Of a stretch of 64,000 bases of DNA, positions 55,399-64,000 are shown piece by piece. The notes under the pieces are model-generated. The model saw nothing but the letters and a program-made list of their open reading frames with translations, was not told where the DNA came from and ran no database searches. This DNA is from Candidatus Latescibacterota bacterium. Its GTDB lineage: Bacteria; Latescibacterota; UBA2968; UBA8231. The stretch is from positions 992,001 to 1,056,000 of the forward strand of contig OZ244561.1 in NCBI GenBank assembly GCA_965217585.1, given 5' to 3'. How positions within the stretch are numbered: position 1 is the first letter of the stretch; every line of letters begins with the position of its first letter. Both the position numbers and the translations under genes were made by a program.

Positions 55399-56421
55399 TC
55401 AGAAGCGAAACTGCAAGGAAAATTGATGCACGCTGTCGAGGATGCCAAACGAGGTGAAGGCGTAATCGACCGTGGCCATACTCAATTCGAGGCCCAGCCC
55501 AGCCGTCAGGCCCTCCTCGCTGCGGCCAGCCGGGACGACTGCGCCGCTGACCTCATCGACTTTGTCGTCCTCTACGCCCTGGTAGTTGAGCTTGTAGCCG
55601 GAGCGGAGGCTGAGCATGTCGAAAAGCTCCACCTCGGCCGCCGCGTACACGAGCTGCTCGGCATCTTGCGGTTTGGTGGCATCGGCGAGCAAAGTAACCT
55701 TCATGCCGCTGTCTGGGTCGTCGAGGATGGCGGCCGCCGCGCCAATGCTAAATATCAGCGGCAGCGGCGCGCCGATGTCGTAGAACGTCAGATCGCTGCC
55801 CAGATTGTTGATCCGAGCGCCGATGGTGTACGTGGAATTGACGCGGTAGAGCGCGCCGAAATCAGCCGCATACGCGGTGGCACTGACGCCATCGATGGTC
55901 TGGCTGACGATCTTGCCGGTCACCCCTAAGTCGAGTCTGTCGGTGATGTTGCGCGCCCACGTCGCGCCCACGGCCAAATCGCGGTAACTGTAGGTGCCCG
56001 AGGACTCGGTGTCGTTGGGCTCGAACGTTCCCGCATCGAGCACGAACTGCGGCACCAAGTCGCGGTCGGCGGCAATGTCGCTCAACCCGAGCGTCACTAC
56101 GCCAATGCCCAAGGTGCCCATATCGCCCATATCGCGCGTGAAGCCAATGGCGTCGTGCGACAAGTCCGCGATCCACGAGTTGTGCGACAGCAGCACTTGG
56201 CTTTCGCCGCCGCTTAAGGCCGTGCCGGCTGGGTTCCAAAATAGCTGGTGGACGTCGCCGGCCACGGTCGTATAGGCCGAGCCGAGCGCGACCGGCCTAG
56301 CCCCCACGCCGATTTTGAGAAAAGCGGCACCGGTCAGGCCAGACTTGCGCACATCGGCGACTCCAGGTTGTGCCAGCAAGCAGGCCAACCCCACCACTGC
56401 AATGAGTTTTAACACTTTCAT
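55399..56421 (-). CDS. PorV/PorQ-like (UPF0164) outer-membrane beta-barrel protein
   Basis: Signal peptide, FLKIGVGARPVALG, FWNPAG, DYAF...HQFSLQFRF terminal Phe. Confidence 0.85.
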   Translation of the reverse strand: MKVLKLIAVVGLACLLAQPGVADVRKSGLTGAAFLKIGVGARPVALGSAYTTVAGDVHQLFWNPAGTALSGGESQVLLSHNSWIADLSHDAIGFTRDMGDMGTLGIGVVTLGLSDIAADRDLVPQFVLDAGTFEPNDTESSGTYSYRDLAVGATWARNITDRLDLGVTGKIVSQTIDGVSATAYAADFGALYRVNSTYTIGARINNLGSDLTFYDIGAPLPLIFSIGAAAAILDDPDSGMKVTLLADATKPQDAEQLVYAAAEVELFDMLSLRSGYKLNYQGVEDDKVDEVSGAVVPAGRSEEGLTAGLGLELSMATVDYAFTSFGILDSVHQFSLQFRF

Positions 56422-56444
56422 TTTCACAGTCTCCCCTGTTCGGT

Positions 56445-58961
56445 TCAGCGCAGAATGGCGAAGTGCCCGGTCTGCGTCCCGCCCGGGTACTCGGCCACGT
56501 AGATGTACAGTCCGCTGGCTACTTCGATGCCGTCCTTGGAAAACATGTCCCAAAACAGCGTGCCGTCGAACGGGTTGGTACTGTCGAAATGGAGCACGTC
56601 AATGACCTGCCCAGCCACGTCGAAGATGGTGATCTTGGTACCGGTCGGCAGGTTGATGAAGAGCATCTTGTGCTCGGTGCCCGTATCGTGTAGCGCGCCC
56701 TTCTTATAGGGATTGGGCACCACGCGGATGGCGAGATCACCGCTCGTAAGTTCGCCGGCATCGGCCAGCGGCGCTTTGAGTATAAACGGCGCGCCAATGT
56801 CCTTTTGCCCCTCCAAGCTGGCCGGGAAAAACGAACTAGCGGTCGCGTAGTGGTACGTGCCCTTCCACAACCCATCGCGGCCGTTAAAGTTGTGCCGATG
56901 CGTCTCCAGCGAGCTGAAGGGCTGACCGTTGATCTCGCCCGACTCGTCGTCGTACGCAGCGACATAGTAGTAATAGGTAAACCCAAAGGTCACCAAGTCG
57001 CTGTTATCGGCAAACTTGTACTTGAACACGTCGCTGTCCGGCCCGTCGTTGAGGTAGTTGCCCAACTCGCTGCTAGGCACGTGGGCGATCAGCCGATAAG
57101 GCCCCCATGCCGCTGGCTCCTGAGGTTTGTAGGCTCCAGAGCTGATGTTGGGGTTGTTGGCGGCACCAAAGGCGGCCAGTTGCGCGTCCGTGGGATTGAC
57201 CTCGGTCTGGTGGTGATAGCGGTCGATGATGCGCAGGCCGACGTCGAGCGAATTGACCCGGGGGAACAACGTCGAGCGATAGACCTTGTAGCCCGCAAAA
57301 TCATCCGCTGCTTCGGCGCGGTCGTCCCACTTGATATCGACTTTGACATCCGTGTTGGGTGCTGTTTCGATGTGGGGCGTCGGCGGCGGCGAGGGCGCTT
57401 CGAAGTTGTGGTCATAGACCCACTGCGCCGTGCTGCGCGCGGCGCGGGCTCCCTGCAAGCGGAACCCCGCGTACTCCACGAGCACCACATTGATAGTCTC
57501 GCCCACCTCCAGCGAGAACGGGCCGATGCCCACCTGCAACATGCCGTCGAAATTGTGGTCAAGCGCGTAGCCTTGCGTCCACGCCCAATCGGGCTGGTCG
57601 TCCAGCGAACGGCTCGGATCGACCTCCCAGTTTTGGATGAACGTGTTGTTGTACTTCATGTCGCCCAACGGCTGGCCGCGCTCGCCTTCGGGTCGCACGG
57701 CATTGACGAACGACAACGGGTCGCCGGGGACGATGTCCGAGTGGTTGGGATCGAACCAGTTGGGGTCGGGTACCAAGCTGCTCTCGTTCTGGATAGCCGC
57801 CCCCTTGTCCCAAGCGCGGCTGCCGTTCTGGTCACCGTCGAAAAACGCGGCCATCGCATAGATGTGGTTCTCGCGCGGATTGCGGTAGCCGCCGTCGTCT
57901 TTGAGCACCGAAGTGAACCAGCCGCGCTCACCATCCACGCCGACCGGATGGCTGTCGTAGATGGTGCGTTTGTCTTCCGCGCTGGCACTGCTGCCGCTTT
58001 CTGGCAACGCGCCCTGTTTGGCGGCGAGCCACTGCATTCCATTGTAGATGTCGTAGTAGTATCCCCGACTGCGCATGGTAACGCCCAACAGACGCGCGCC
58101 ATCGGCCGACCAGCCGGTCGGCGAGCCAAAGACCGGATGCGGCTCGCCGAGCGTACTCGGCGACGGGCCAGTAAAGATCACCGGCACGTCCCAAGGCGCG
58201 CCGCTGGCGTCGGGCGTAGCGTCGTACCCAGAAGTCGGGCCGGTAAACCACCCCGAAGCACCACGACGGCCATTGTTGCGGTTGGTCATAGAATTGATCG
58301 GCTCGTTTTGCATATGCAGCGTCAGCGCGTGGATGCGGTTGTCGGTCTTTTCGGCCGTGCCGTCGCCATCGGCATCGAGCACGCCGGTGTTGGTCAATTC
58401 CAACTCGACGACGATGAAGTCGTTGAGGTTGGCGTGATTGGCGGCAAACTGCCGCATCCGCCAGCGCACATCAACGCCGAGGTTGGTCGGCATCGCGCCC
58501 TCGTAGCGCATTTCATTGCGGTCGTCATCGGCCCAGTAGGCTCCTGGGCTGGTAAAGTTGCGCCCTGCATCGCCGGCACCGGCCAAGTTGTTGGTATAGA
58601 AGCCGTGCAGGTACTGTTTGGCCCGGGGCGCGTTGCTATCAGTGGTGATATTGATCTCCTCGGGACTGTATTCCATCATCTGCATATCTTGGCCCCAAGG
58701 CAGGTGCAGATTCTCGCCGCCCGGATAGGTTTGGGACGGCGTGGTCCACTGGCGATCCCAGTTGCCGATGCGGAAGAGGGTAAAGCGCGCAGTCGGATCG
58801 TCATCGGTTTCGCGATACCAAGAGCCGGCGTTGCTAGGGAAGAAGGAATCCCACAGATCGCCAGCAGTGAACACGCCGCCCTCTTGCGCGGCAATCGTCC
58901 CGGCAGTGGCAATCACCAACACGGTCGCCAGCCGGGACGCAATTTTCATGCGTTTAATCAT
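56445..58961 (-). CDS. Secreted protein with T9SS-like C-terminal sorting domain
   Basis: Signal peptide, FN3-like WDDRAE...FAGYKVYRS...YYYYVAAYD, C-terminal IRVVPNPY...ITIFDVAG...WD...VASGLYIY...FAILR. Confidence 0.8.
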   Translation of the reverse strand: MIKRMKIASRLATVLVIATAGTIAAQEGGVFTAGDLWDSFFPSNAGSWYRETDDDPTARFTLFRIGNWDRQWTTPSQTYPGGENLHLPWGQDMQMMEYSPEEINITTDSNAPRAKQYLHGFYTNNLAGAGDAGRNFTSPGAYWADDDRNEMRYEGAMPTNLGVDVRWRMRQFAANHANLNDFIVVELELTNTGVLDADGDGTAEKTDNRIHALTLHMQNEPINSMTNRNNGRRGASGWFTGPTSGYDATPDASGAPWDVPVIFTGPSPSTLGEPHPVFGSPTGWSADGARLLGVTMRSRGYYYDIYNGMQWLAAKQGALPESGSSASAEDKRTIYDSHPVGVDGERGWFTSVLKDDGGYRNPRENHIYAMAAFFDGDQNGSRAWDKGAAIQNESSLVPDPNWFDPNHSDIVPGDPLSFVNAVRPEGERGQPLGDMKYNNTFIQNWEVDPSRSLDDQPDWAWTQGYALDHNFDGMLQVGIGPFSLEVGETINVVLVEYAGFRLQGARAARSTAQWVYDHNFEAPSPPPTPHIETAPNTDVKVDIKWDDRAEAADDFAGYKVYRSTLFPRVNSLDVGLRIIDRYHHQTEVNPTDAQLAAFGAANNPNISSGAYKPQEPAAWGPYRLIAHVPSSELGNYLNDGPDSDVFKYKFADNSDLVTFGFTYYYYVAAYDDESGEINGQPFSSLETHRHNFNGRDGLWKGTYHYATASSFFPASLEGQKDIGAPFILKAPLADAGELTSGDLAIRVVPNPYKKGALHDTGTEHKMLFINLPTGTKITIFDVAGQVIDVLHFDSTNPFDGTLFWDMFSKDGIEVASGLYIYVAEYPGGTQTGHFAILR

Positions 58962-58974
58962 CTTAGTATTCCTC

Positions 58975-61900
58975 CTAGAAATCCACGGTGACGCCGAAAT
59001 TGGCCATGCGCGGGATGTCGTAAATCGCCTGGCTCTGGCCGGTGAAGGCCCGGTTGAGGTTGCCAGTCGGGTCTCCATCTTCCTCCCACTTGGTGGTGGA
59101 GGGAATGTTGCGATTGTCCCACGTAAGGATATTCTCGCGAGCGAAGAGATTGCGCACCTCAAAGAAGGCACCCAGCGCCAAGCCGCCCAACGCAAGACCG
59201 CGGTGGAGCCGCAGATCCGTGCGCATATTCCACGGGGCCTGCCGGGTCTCGCGCTCGCGCGGATCTTCCGTGGTGGCCGTCACATTGTAGTTGAAACCGC
59301 TCTCAGCCGTCGAGATCAAGGTCAAACCAACCTGCGCTGGCAACTCGGCCAGCAGGGTAACGGCGATGCGGTGGGCGCGGTCGTAGCCGGTGACCAGCGG
59401 ATTGCCACCGCCATTGACATTGGCCTCGTAGGTGTTGAACCGCTCCTTGTTAGCCAGCGCCGTCTCCAAGGCTTGGACATCGGTTGCGGCCTTGACCGAA
59501 AACGAATTTTTGTCCGGGAAAGGCGTCGAGTTGTTGCCATTGCGCGATGCCTTGATATAGCTATACGCGTAGTTGACGCGACCATTGATCTTGCTCTGCG
59601 ACCGGCGCTCCACGCCGAACTCAAGGCCGCGGCTGTCGGCGTACCCGCCGCTAGTGTTGAGACTGTAGTTGGCAAAGCCAGCGTCGGCCGGGCTGATGGT
59701 AAAGCCGAGCCGCCCGTAGTTTTCGATGTCGCGGTAATAGGCCGTAACGTCGAACAAGTACTCGGGCGCGAAGCTGTACTGCAGGCCCATCTCGTACGCG
59801 GTGGCCGTCGTCGGGTCCGCCTCGACATCCGGCACATTCGGCCACGCTGGGTTGGTGAGGCTGTCGTAGTCCTCATAGAGGTACGAAAACGACGGCGTCG
59901 AGTAGAACTTGCCCCACGAGTAGTGCATGGCGGCCTGCTCGCTGATCGGATGCGAGATCCCCAGCCGCGGCTGCAAGTACCAGCGCGTTACGACCGCCTC
60001 ACCGCGAATCGGGCTGCGGTAGGTGTGGGTCTGGCCGCTTTCATAGGTGTATTCGGCCTCTTCGGACGGGCGGAAAAAGTCGGCTATCTGCTCGGCGTCT
60101 GCGTTGAAGCTGTCGAGCCGCAAGCCGGCGTTGAGGATGATGCCCTCGTACTCAATCTTGTCCTGCACGTAAAAGGCCAGCTCGCTCGGGTTGCGCTCGT
60201 ATTCGGCAATCTCGTACGGCAGGTTGGAATAGCCCACCGTAATCTGCGTCCGCTGCATGAGCTTCGAGACCGTGTGGCTGCGCAACAGTAGGCCGGCCTT
60301 GAGCTGGTGGTGGTAGTTGTACTGATGGGTGATGTCGGCCTTGAGCTGCATCACGTTGCGGTTGAGCTCCTCGAAGTAGAAGCCCGCCTGCGCCAAGCGG
60401 TACTGATTGTCGCCAAAGGGCAGATCGAAGTTGCGCGAATTGCCGGGGTTGGTGGTAAAAAAGGTAAAGTTGCCGTCGGCGTCGGCCCCAGAGCCGTCAA
60501 CGCCTAGGTACTTTTCCGACTCTTCGGCACTGTCGATGAAGATGAAGTCGCCACTCTCGCTGGTCTCGACGATGCCGTCGGCGTTGTCGTCGGAGTAGCC
60601 GAATTTGCTCATGCGCGAAACCTGCGAGAGCTTGATCTCGTAGAAGGTGTTGTTAGAAAGCGAGTGGCTCAGCCCCAGATAGGACATCGTCCCCAGCTTC
60701 TTGTTGCCCAAGGCCCCGGCGGGGAAGTAGGCGTAGCGACCGCTGAAGTTGCGGTTGACCCAACCTCCCAATTCGCCGCCGTCGTCAATCATCGCGTTGC
60801 CGGTCAGCTTGATATTCTGGCTGAGCCGATGCGTCAGCTTGAGCGAATAGCGCTGCGAGCGGTTGAGCGCGTTGGGGAAGACCCCCTCGTCGTTGAGATA
60901 GCGCGTGGTCAAATAGAAATTAGTGCGCGGCAACAGCTTGCCCCCCAGCGAAAGTTCCATCTCCGTGGAGGGATTGTCGCCGTAGGTAACTTGCTCGGGG
61001 TCGAAAATGTAGTAATTGTCGGCCTTGGCCTTGTCGGCCTCGTCCTCGGAGGCCAGCAAGTCGTCGCGCGACTGCAGGTAGCGGTCGAAATAGGTCGTCT
61101 CATCAACGGTGCCGTCTTCGCCCGGCCCGGGGTTGACCAGCCCCGCATAGACCTCGGGGCCAGCGTTCTTGTAGCCGCTGACGCCGCGGCGGACAAACAG
61201 CCGCCCCTCTAACTCGTCGCCGCCTTCGCGGGTGACGACATTGATGATGCCAGCGCTAGCCGCGTCGTACTCGGCGTTGAAGGTGCCGGCGATAATGTCC
61301 AGCGACTGTACGTTGCTGGCGTTGACGCCGACCGCGGTGAACTCGCCGTCCGAGGTGCGCTTGACGTCTACATAGGGGTTCCAAGTGACTAGGCCTTCGC
61401 CGGCGCGGAAATACGTATCCGACACGTCGATCCCATCGACGAGCACTTTGGCCTCGGCCTTGCGCCCGCCGCGGATATAGCCGCGGAACACGCTCGGCGT
61501 AGTGTTAATCAGGTCCTGCAAGTCGGCCACCGGCATGGTGTTGTTGAGCTCGGCGCGACCGATCGTCGCACGGCTGGTCGTCAGCGAGCGCTCGACCAGC
61601 GGTGCCTCGGCGACCACCGTTATCGCCTCGCCTTCAATCGCCTCGGTCTTAAGCCCGAAATCGACCGTCGTCGTCAGGTCCAAGCGGACCTCAATCTGGG
61701 TTTGGCGCACCGTCTGGTGCCCCACGTAACTAGCTTCGACCGAGTATGTGCCGGGGGGGATATTGAGCAAGAAATAACGTCCCTTGTCGTCGGCTGCGGT
61801 GCCGACTCTCTCGCCGCCCACTTCGACGACCACATTAGCCCCGGGCAATGCCTGCCCGGAATCATCTCGTACCACGCCGGCGATCTTGCCGTTGCCAGCG

Positions 61901-61977
61901 AACGCCGGCAGTGCGAGCAGGGCGCAAAACAGCGCCGCGCCCAGTACCACCGGCCACTTCCTCCTCTCAATGTGCAT
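58975..61977 (-). CDS. TonB-dependent receptor
   Basis: Carboxypeptidase-regulatory N-domain, plug IRGGR...VDGID...AGTFNAEY...GIINVVT, PRLGISHPI, terminal VDF. Confidence 0.92.
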   Translation of the reverse strand: MHIERRKWPVVLGAALFCALLALPAFAGNGKIAGVVRDDSGQALPGANVVVEVGGERVGTAADDKGRYFLLNIPPGTYSVEASYVGHQTVRQTQIEVRLDLTTTVDFGLKTEAIEGEAITVVAEAPLVERSLTTSRATIGRAELNNTMPVADLQDLINTTPSVFRGYIRGGRKAEAKVLVDGIDVSDTYFRAGEGLVTWNPYVDVKRTSDGEFTAVGVNASNVQSLDIIAGTFNAEYDAASAGIINVVTREGGDELEGRLFVRRGVSGYKNAGPEVYAGLVNPGPGEDGTVDETTYFDRYLQSRDDLLASEDEADKAKADNYYIFDPEQVTYGDNPSTEMELSLGGKLLPRTNFYLTTRYLNDEGVFPNALNRSQRYSLKLTHRLSQNIKLTGNAMIDDGGELGGWVNRNFSGRYAYFPAGALGNKKLGTMSYLGLSHSLSNNTFYEIKLSQVSRMSKFGYSDDNADGIVETSESGDFIFIDSAEESEKYLGVDGSGADADGNFTFFTTNPGNSRNFDLPFGDNQYRLAQAGFYFEELNRNVMQLKADITHQYNYHHQLKAGLLLRSHTVSKLMQRTQITVGYSNLPYEIAEYERNPSELAFYVQDKIEYEGIILNAGLRLDSFNADAEQIADFFRPSEEAEYTYESGQTHTYRSPIRGEAVVTRWYLQPRLGISHPISEQAAMHYSWGKFYSTPSFSYLYEDYDSLTNPAWPNVPDVEADPTTATAYEMGLQYSFAPEYLFDVTAYYRDIENYGRLGFTISPADAGFANYSLNTSGGYADSRGLEFGVERRSQSKINGRVNYAYSYIKASRNGNNSTPFPDKNSFSVKAATDVQALETALANKERFNTYEANVNGGGNPLVTGYDRAHRIAVTLLAELPAQVGLTLISTAESGFNYNVTATTEDPRERETRQAPWNMRTDLRLHRGLALGGLALGAFFEVRNLFARENILTWDNRNIPSTTKWEEDGDPTGNLNRAFTGQSQAIYDIPRMANFGVTVDF

Positions 61978-62098
61978 GAGTGCCTCCTGTAACGAGCTAG
62001 AGGTGAGGTAAAAGCAGAATCTAGCGCATTTGCCGCAAATTTTGCAGAAACGCGCCAGGGAAGCGATAAATACAAGAATTTCAGGCCAACCCGTCAAG

Positions 62099-62126
62099 GT
62101 AGGGGCGACCGGCCGGTCGCCCCTAC
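62099..62126. repeat. REP palindrome, third copy
   Basis: Identical 28-bp palindrome, intergenic, followed by CCTAC repeats. Confidence 0.88.
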
Positions 62127-62132
62127 CCTACC

Positions 62133-63227
62133 CTACCGCCCCTCTTGCCACGCAACCAACGGATGCTCTCGCCGCTGCATGGGGAACTCCACCCGTCCCC
62201 CGGTAATCTCCGCCTCGTAGGCCCCCAAGATCATCTCCAAAGCCGCCACCGCATCGCGTGCGCTCGACAGCGGCTCGCGGTCGGCTTCGGCCGCGTCGAT
62301 CAAATCGGCGACCGCCAAGTCGTTGCCCGTGCTCAGGGATTCGTCCGCCACCTCGTCTAAGAGGACCCACTGCTGGCTTGCATCGGCCGTATCAAACACC
62401 GGATGTGGATAGAGCATGGCCGGGCCACTGCCGCCGCCGCGCAGCGCAATGATCCCTTCACTGCCTTCTATCTCCATGCCCATCCGCTGACCCCCACCCT
62501 CGGCGTATTTCCGCGAATCAAAAGAGCCAGCCACCCCGCTCCTGAAGGAGAAGTAGCTGTTGATGCAATCGCCGGCGACGGGTCCCACCGGCTCGGTCGC
62601 CTCGCGCACGTCTTCGACTGTTAGCGCACGGCCTTCGTGCGCAACGTGCGCCGTCATCCACGCCACATCGCCGGCAAACAGGCGCATCATATTGAACAAG
62701 TGCGTCCCCAACACGATCATGTCCTCGCCGCCGCCGCGCCGATCCTGTTTGCCGTGGGTGCGAATGGCTTGCACCGCGCCGATCCGCCCCTGCGCCAACA
62801 CCTCCTTTACGTGCCGGATTAGCGGCAGGTACGCTCCCTGATGCGCCACGGCTACCTTCCGACCCGTCGCCTCGGCTTTAGCTACAATTTGGTCGCCTTC
62901 AGCCAAGTTCCAAGTCATGGGCTTTTCGCAGTACACGTGCGCCCCCACCTCCAAACAGGCCAGCACCATCTCCAAGTGGCAATCGGTCCAGCGCGGCCCA
63001 ACCGTCACCACCTCCGGTTGCTCGGCCTCTAGCATCTCGCGCCAGTCAGCGTACGCGCGGGGAGCAGCCAATTCCTCCTGCTTGACCTGCCGTTCCTCGG
63101 CGTCTTCATCGGCGACGGCCACCACCTCAATGCGCGGGTGGTTCTTCAAACCCAAGTGCAACCCATGTCCCCAATTGCCCCGTCCAGTCCGGCCTATGGC
63201 CGCTGCTCGGTACATCTTATCATTCAT
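62133..63227 (-). CDS. Gfo/Idh/MocA family oxidoreductase
   Basis: HVYCEKPM, GKQDRRGGGEDMIVLGTH. Confidence 0.9.
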   Translation of the reverse strand: MNDKMYRAAAIGRTGRGNWGHGLHLGLKNHPRIEVVAVADEDAEERQVKQEELAAPRAYADWREMLEAEQPEVVTVGPRWTDCHLEMVLACLEVGAHVYCEKPMTWNLAEGDQIVAKAEATGRKVAVAHQGAYLPLIRHVKEVLAQGRIGAVQAIRTHGKQDRRGGGEDMIVLGTHLFNMMRLFAGDVAWMTAHVAHEGRALTVEDVREATEPVGPVAGDCINSYFSFRSGVAGSFDSRKYAEGGGQRMGMEIEGSEGIIALRGGGSGPAMLYPHPVFDTADASQQWVLLDEVADESLSTGNDLAVADLIDAAEADREPLSSARDAVAALEMILGAYEAEITGGRVEFPMQRREHPLVAWQEGR

Positions 63228-63292
63228 GCCTAGTCCTCCTTATATGCGTCCCGTATGGACGCCTGTTGTGAAGATCAGCGTAGAAATTGCCC

Positions 63293-64000
63293 CTAGCGCA
63301 CCCCCACGTACACCACATTCCCCACTTCCCCGAGACAAAAGTCGATCACCATCCACATGGCCGCGCCTAGGAGCTGTCCGGCGATTAGCCCGGCGAAGAG
63401 CGGCTTGTACGTAAGATAGCCGCGCGTGCCGGTGAATTTGAATATCACGGCCTTGCACAACCAGCCCAAAAACACCGAAAACCACGCCACGCCCATGACC
63501 CAACTGTCGCTCACCGGCAGGCCGATGTAGTGCAGCGGCCACCACGGGAAGTGGTGCTGCATGTAAATCAGCCCGCCCATCAAGGCCGCACCCACGCCCG
63601 TAAACAGCAGCCGCGGGCGGATGTGATCCCAGCCGACGGGATTGTGGATCTTGTCCTCCAAAAAGCGATAGGCCAGCGTCGGCACCCCGAATTGGCGCAG
63701 GTTGATCCCGCCGTGTGTGTAGTTCAAATAGAGGGTGATCCAGAAGGCCCCCATCATGCCGACGACGACCGCGATGACCAGCCCCCAGAACAGGCGGCGG
63801 TGATGCGCGCCGTGCCCGTGCGCCAGCTTGAGCGCGTTGGCGGTGGAAGCCATGACCGTGGTGCGCATTTCAGCGGCCCAAGAATAGCTCAGGCTAATCG
63901 ACGCCAGCCCCTTCCAGCCGATGGCGTCCGTACCCAAGGTATAGACCGCAAAGGGCTGCGGCAGCATGGTCGAAGAGGTAAAGCCCACGCCGCCTTGGGC
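63293..64000 (-). CDS. DUF6785/DUF6784-type membrane protein (3' part, truncated by window)
   Basis: WWPLHYIG, WFSVFLGWLCK, KPLFAGLIAG. Paralog of 45636-47546. Confidence 0.78.
   Translation of the reverse strand, partial: AQGGVGFTSSTMLPQPFAVYTLGTDAIGWKGLASISLSYSWAAEMRTTVMASTANALKLAHGHGAHHRRLFWGLVIAVVVGMMGAFWITLYLNYTHGGINLRQFGVPTLAYRFLEDKIHNPVGWDHIRPRLLFTGVGAALMGGLIYMQHHFPWWPLHYIGLPVSDSWVMGVAWFSVFLGWLCKAVIFKFTGTRGYLTYKPLFAGLIAGQLLGAAMWMVIDFCLGEVGNVVYVGVR

Noticed and set aside
56805-60291. Long plus-strand ORFs (728 and 516 aa)
   Set aside because: Antisense to the well-supported secreted protein and TonB receptor genes.
1-64000. tRNA, rRNA, integrase or integron attC sites
   Set aside because: None recognised by eye. 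A tRNAscan-SE/IntegronFinder run would be needed to exclude them formally.

Overview
GC-rich bacterial chromosomal window. The TonB receptor / C-terminal sorting domain / PorV-like module and the DUF6785-type transporters suggest an FCB-group lineage such as Ca. Latescibacterota (inference only). The backbone has an M24 peptidase-queC-DMF-amidase-like-queF operon, an ilvC-leuA-leuC-leuD-leuB-cimA-argJ-aminotransferase-accA operon with a sigma70 promoter and a Leu/Ile-rich leader peptide, and a large minus-strand uptake/secretion cluster (TonB receptor, secreted protein, PorV-like protein, Nramp-like transporter, M28-peptidase/FtsX fusion, DUF6785 and OPT-like membrane proteins). Two ~10-kb accessory islands sit inside these operons, co-oriented with them and without an integrase. 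Island 1 (type I R-M plus a toxin-antitoxin mosaic) is bracketed by a ~143-bp duplication of the upstream gene's 3' end. Island 2 (HEPN, Doc, PIN, a nuclease-like pair, an Ala-rich lipoprotein, ISAs1) is bracketed by a 40-bp duplication of the cimA 3' end. The most striking signal is that many cargo junctions are scars made of the start of one gene joined to the end of another, often as in-frame chimeric ORFs (ArgJ-like N/CimA C, HsdR N/HicA-like C, HEPN/antitoxin tail). The hsdS-end...hsdR-start junction occurs three times with different TA cargo. This points to an integrase-free, junction-duplicating cassette accretion process. An IS1595 end, an intact ISAs1 with a 10-bp TSD and GTAG-type REP palindromes (one in-frame inside hsdR) are also present. 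All family calls come from motif recognition by eye, not database searches.
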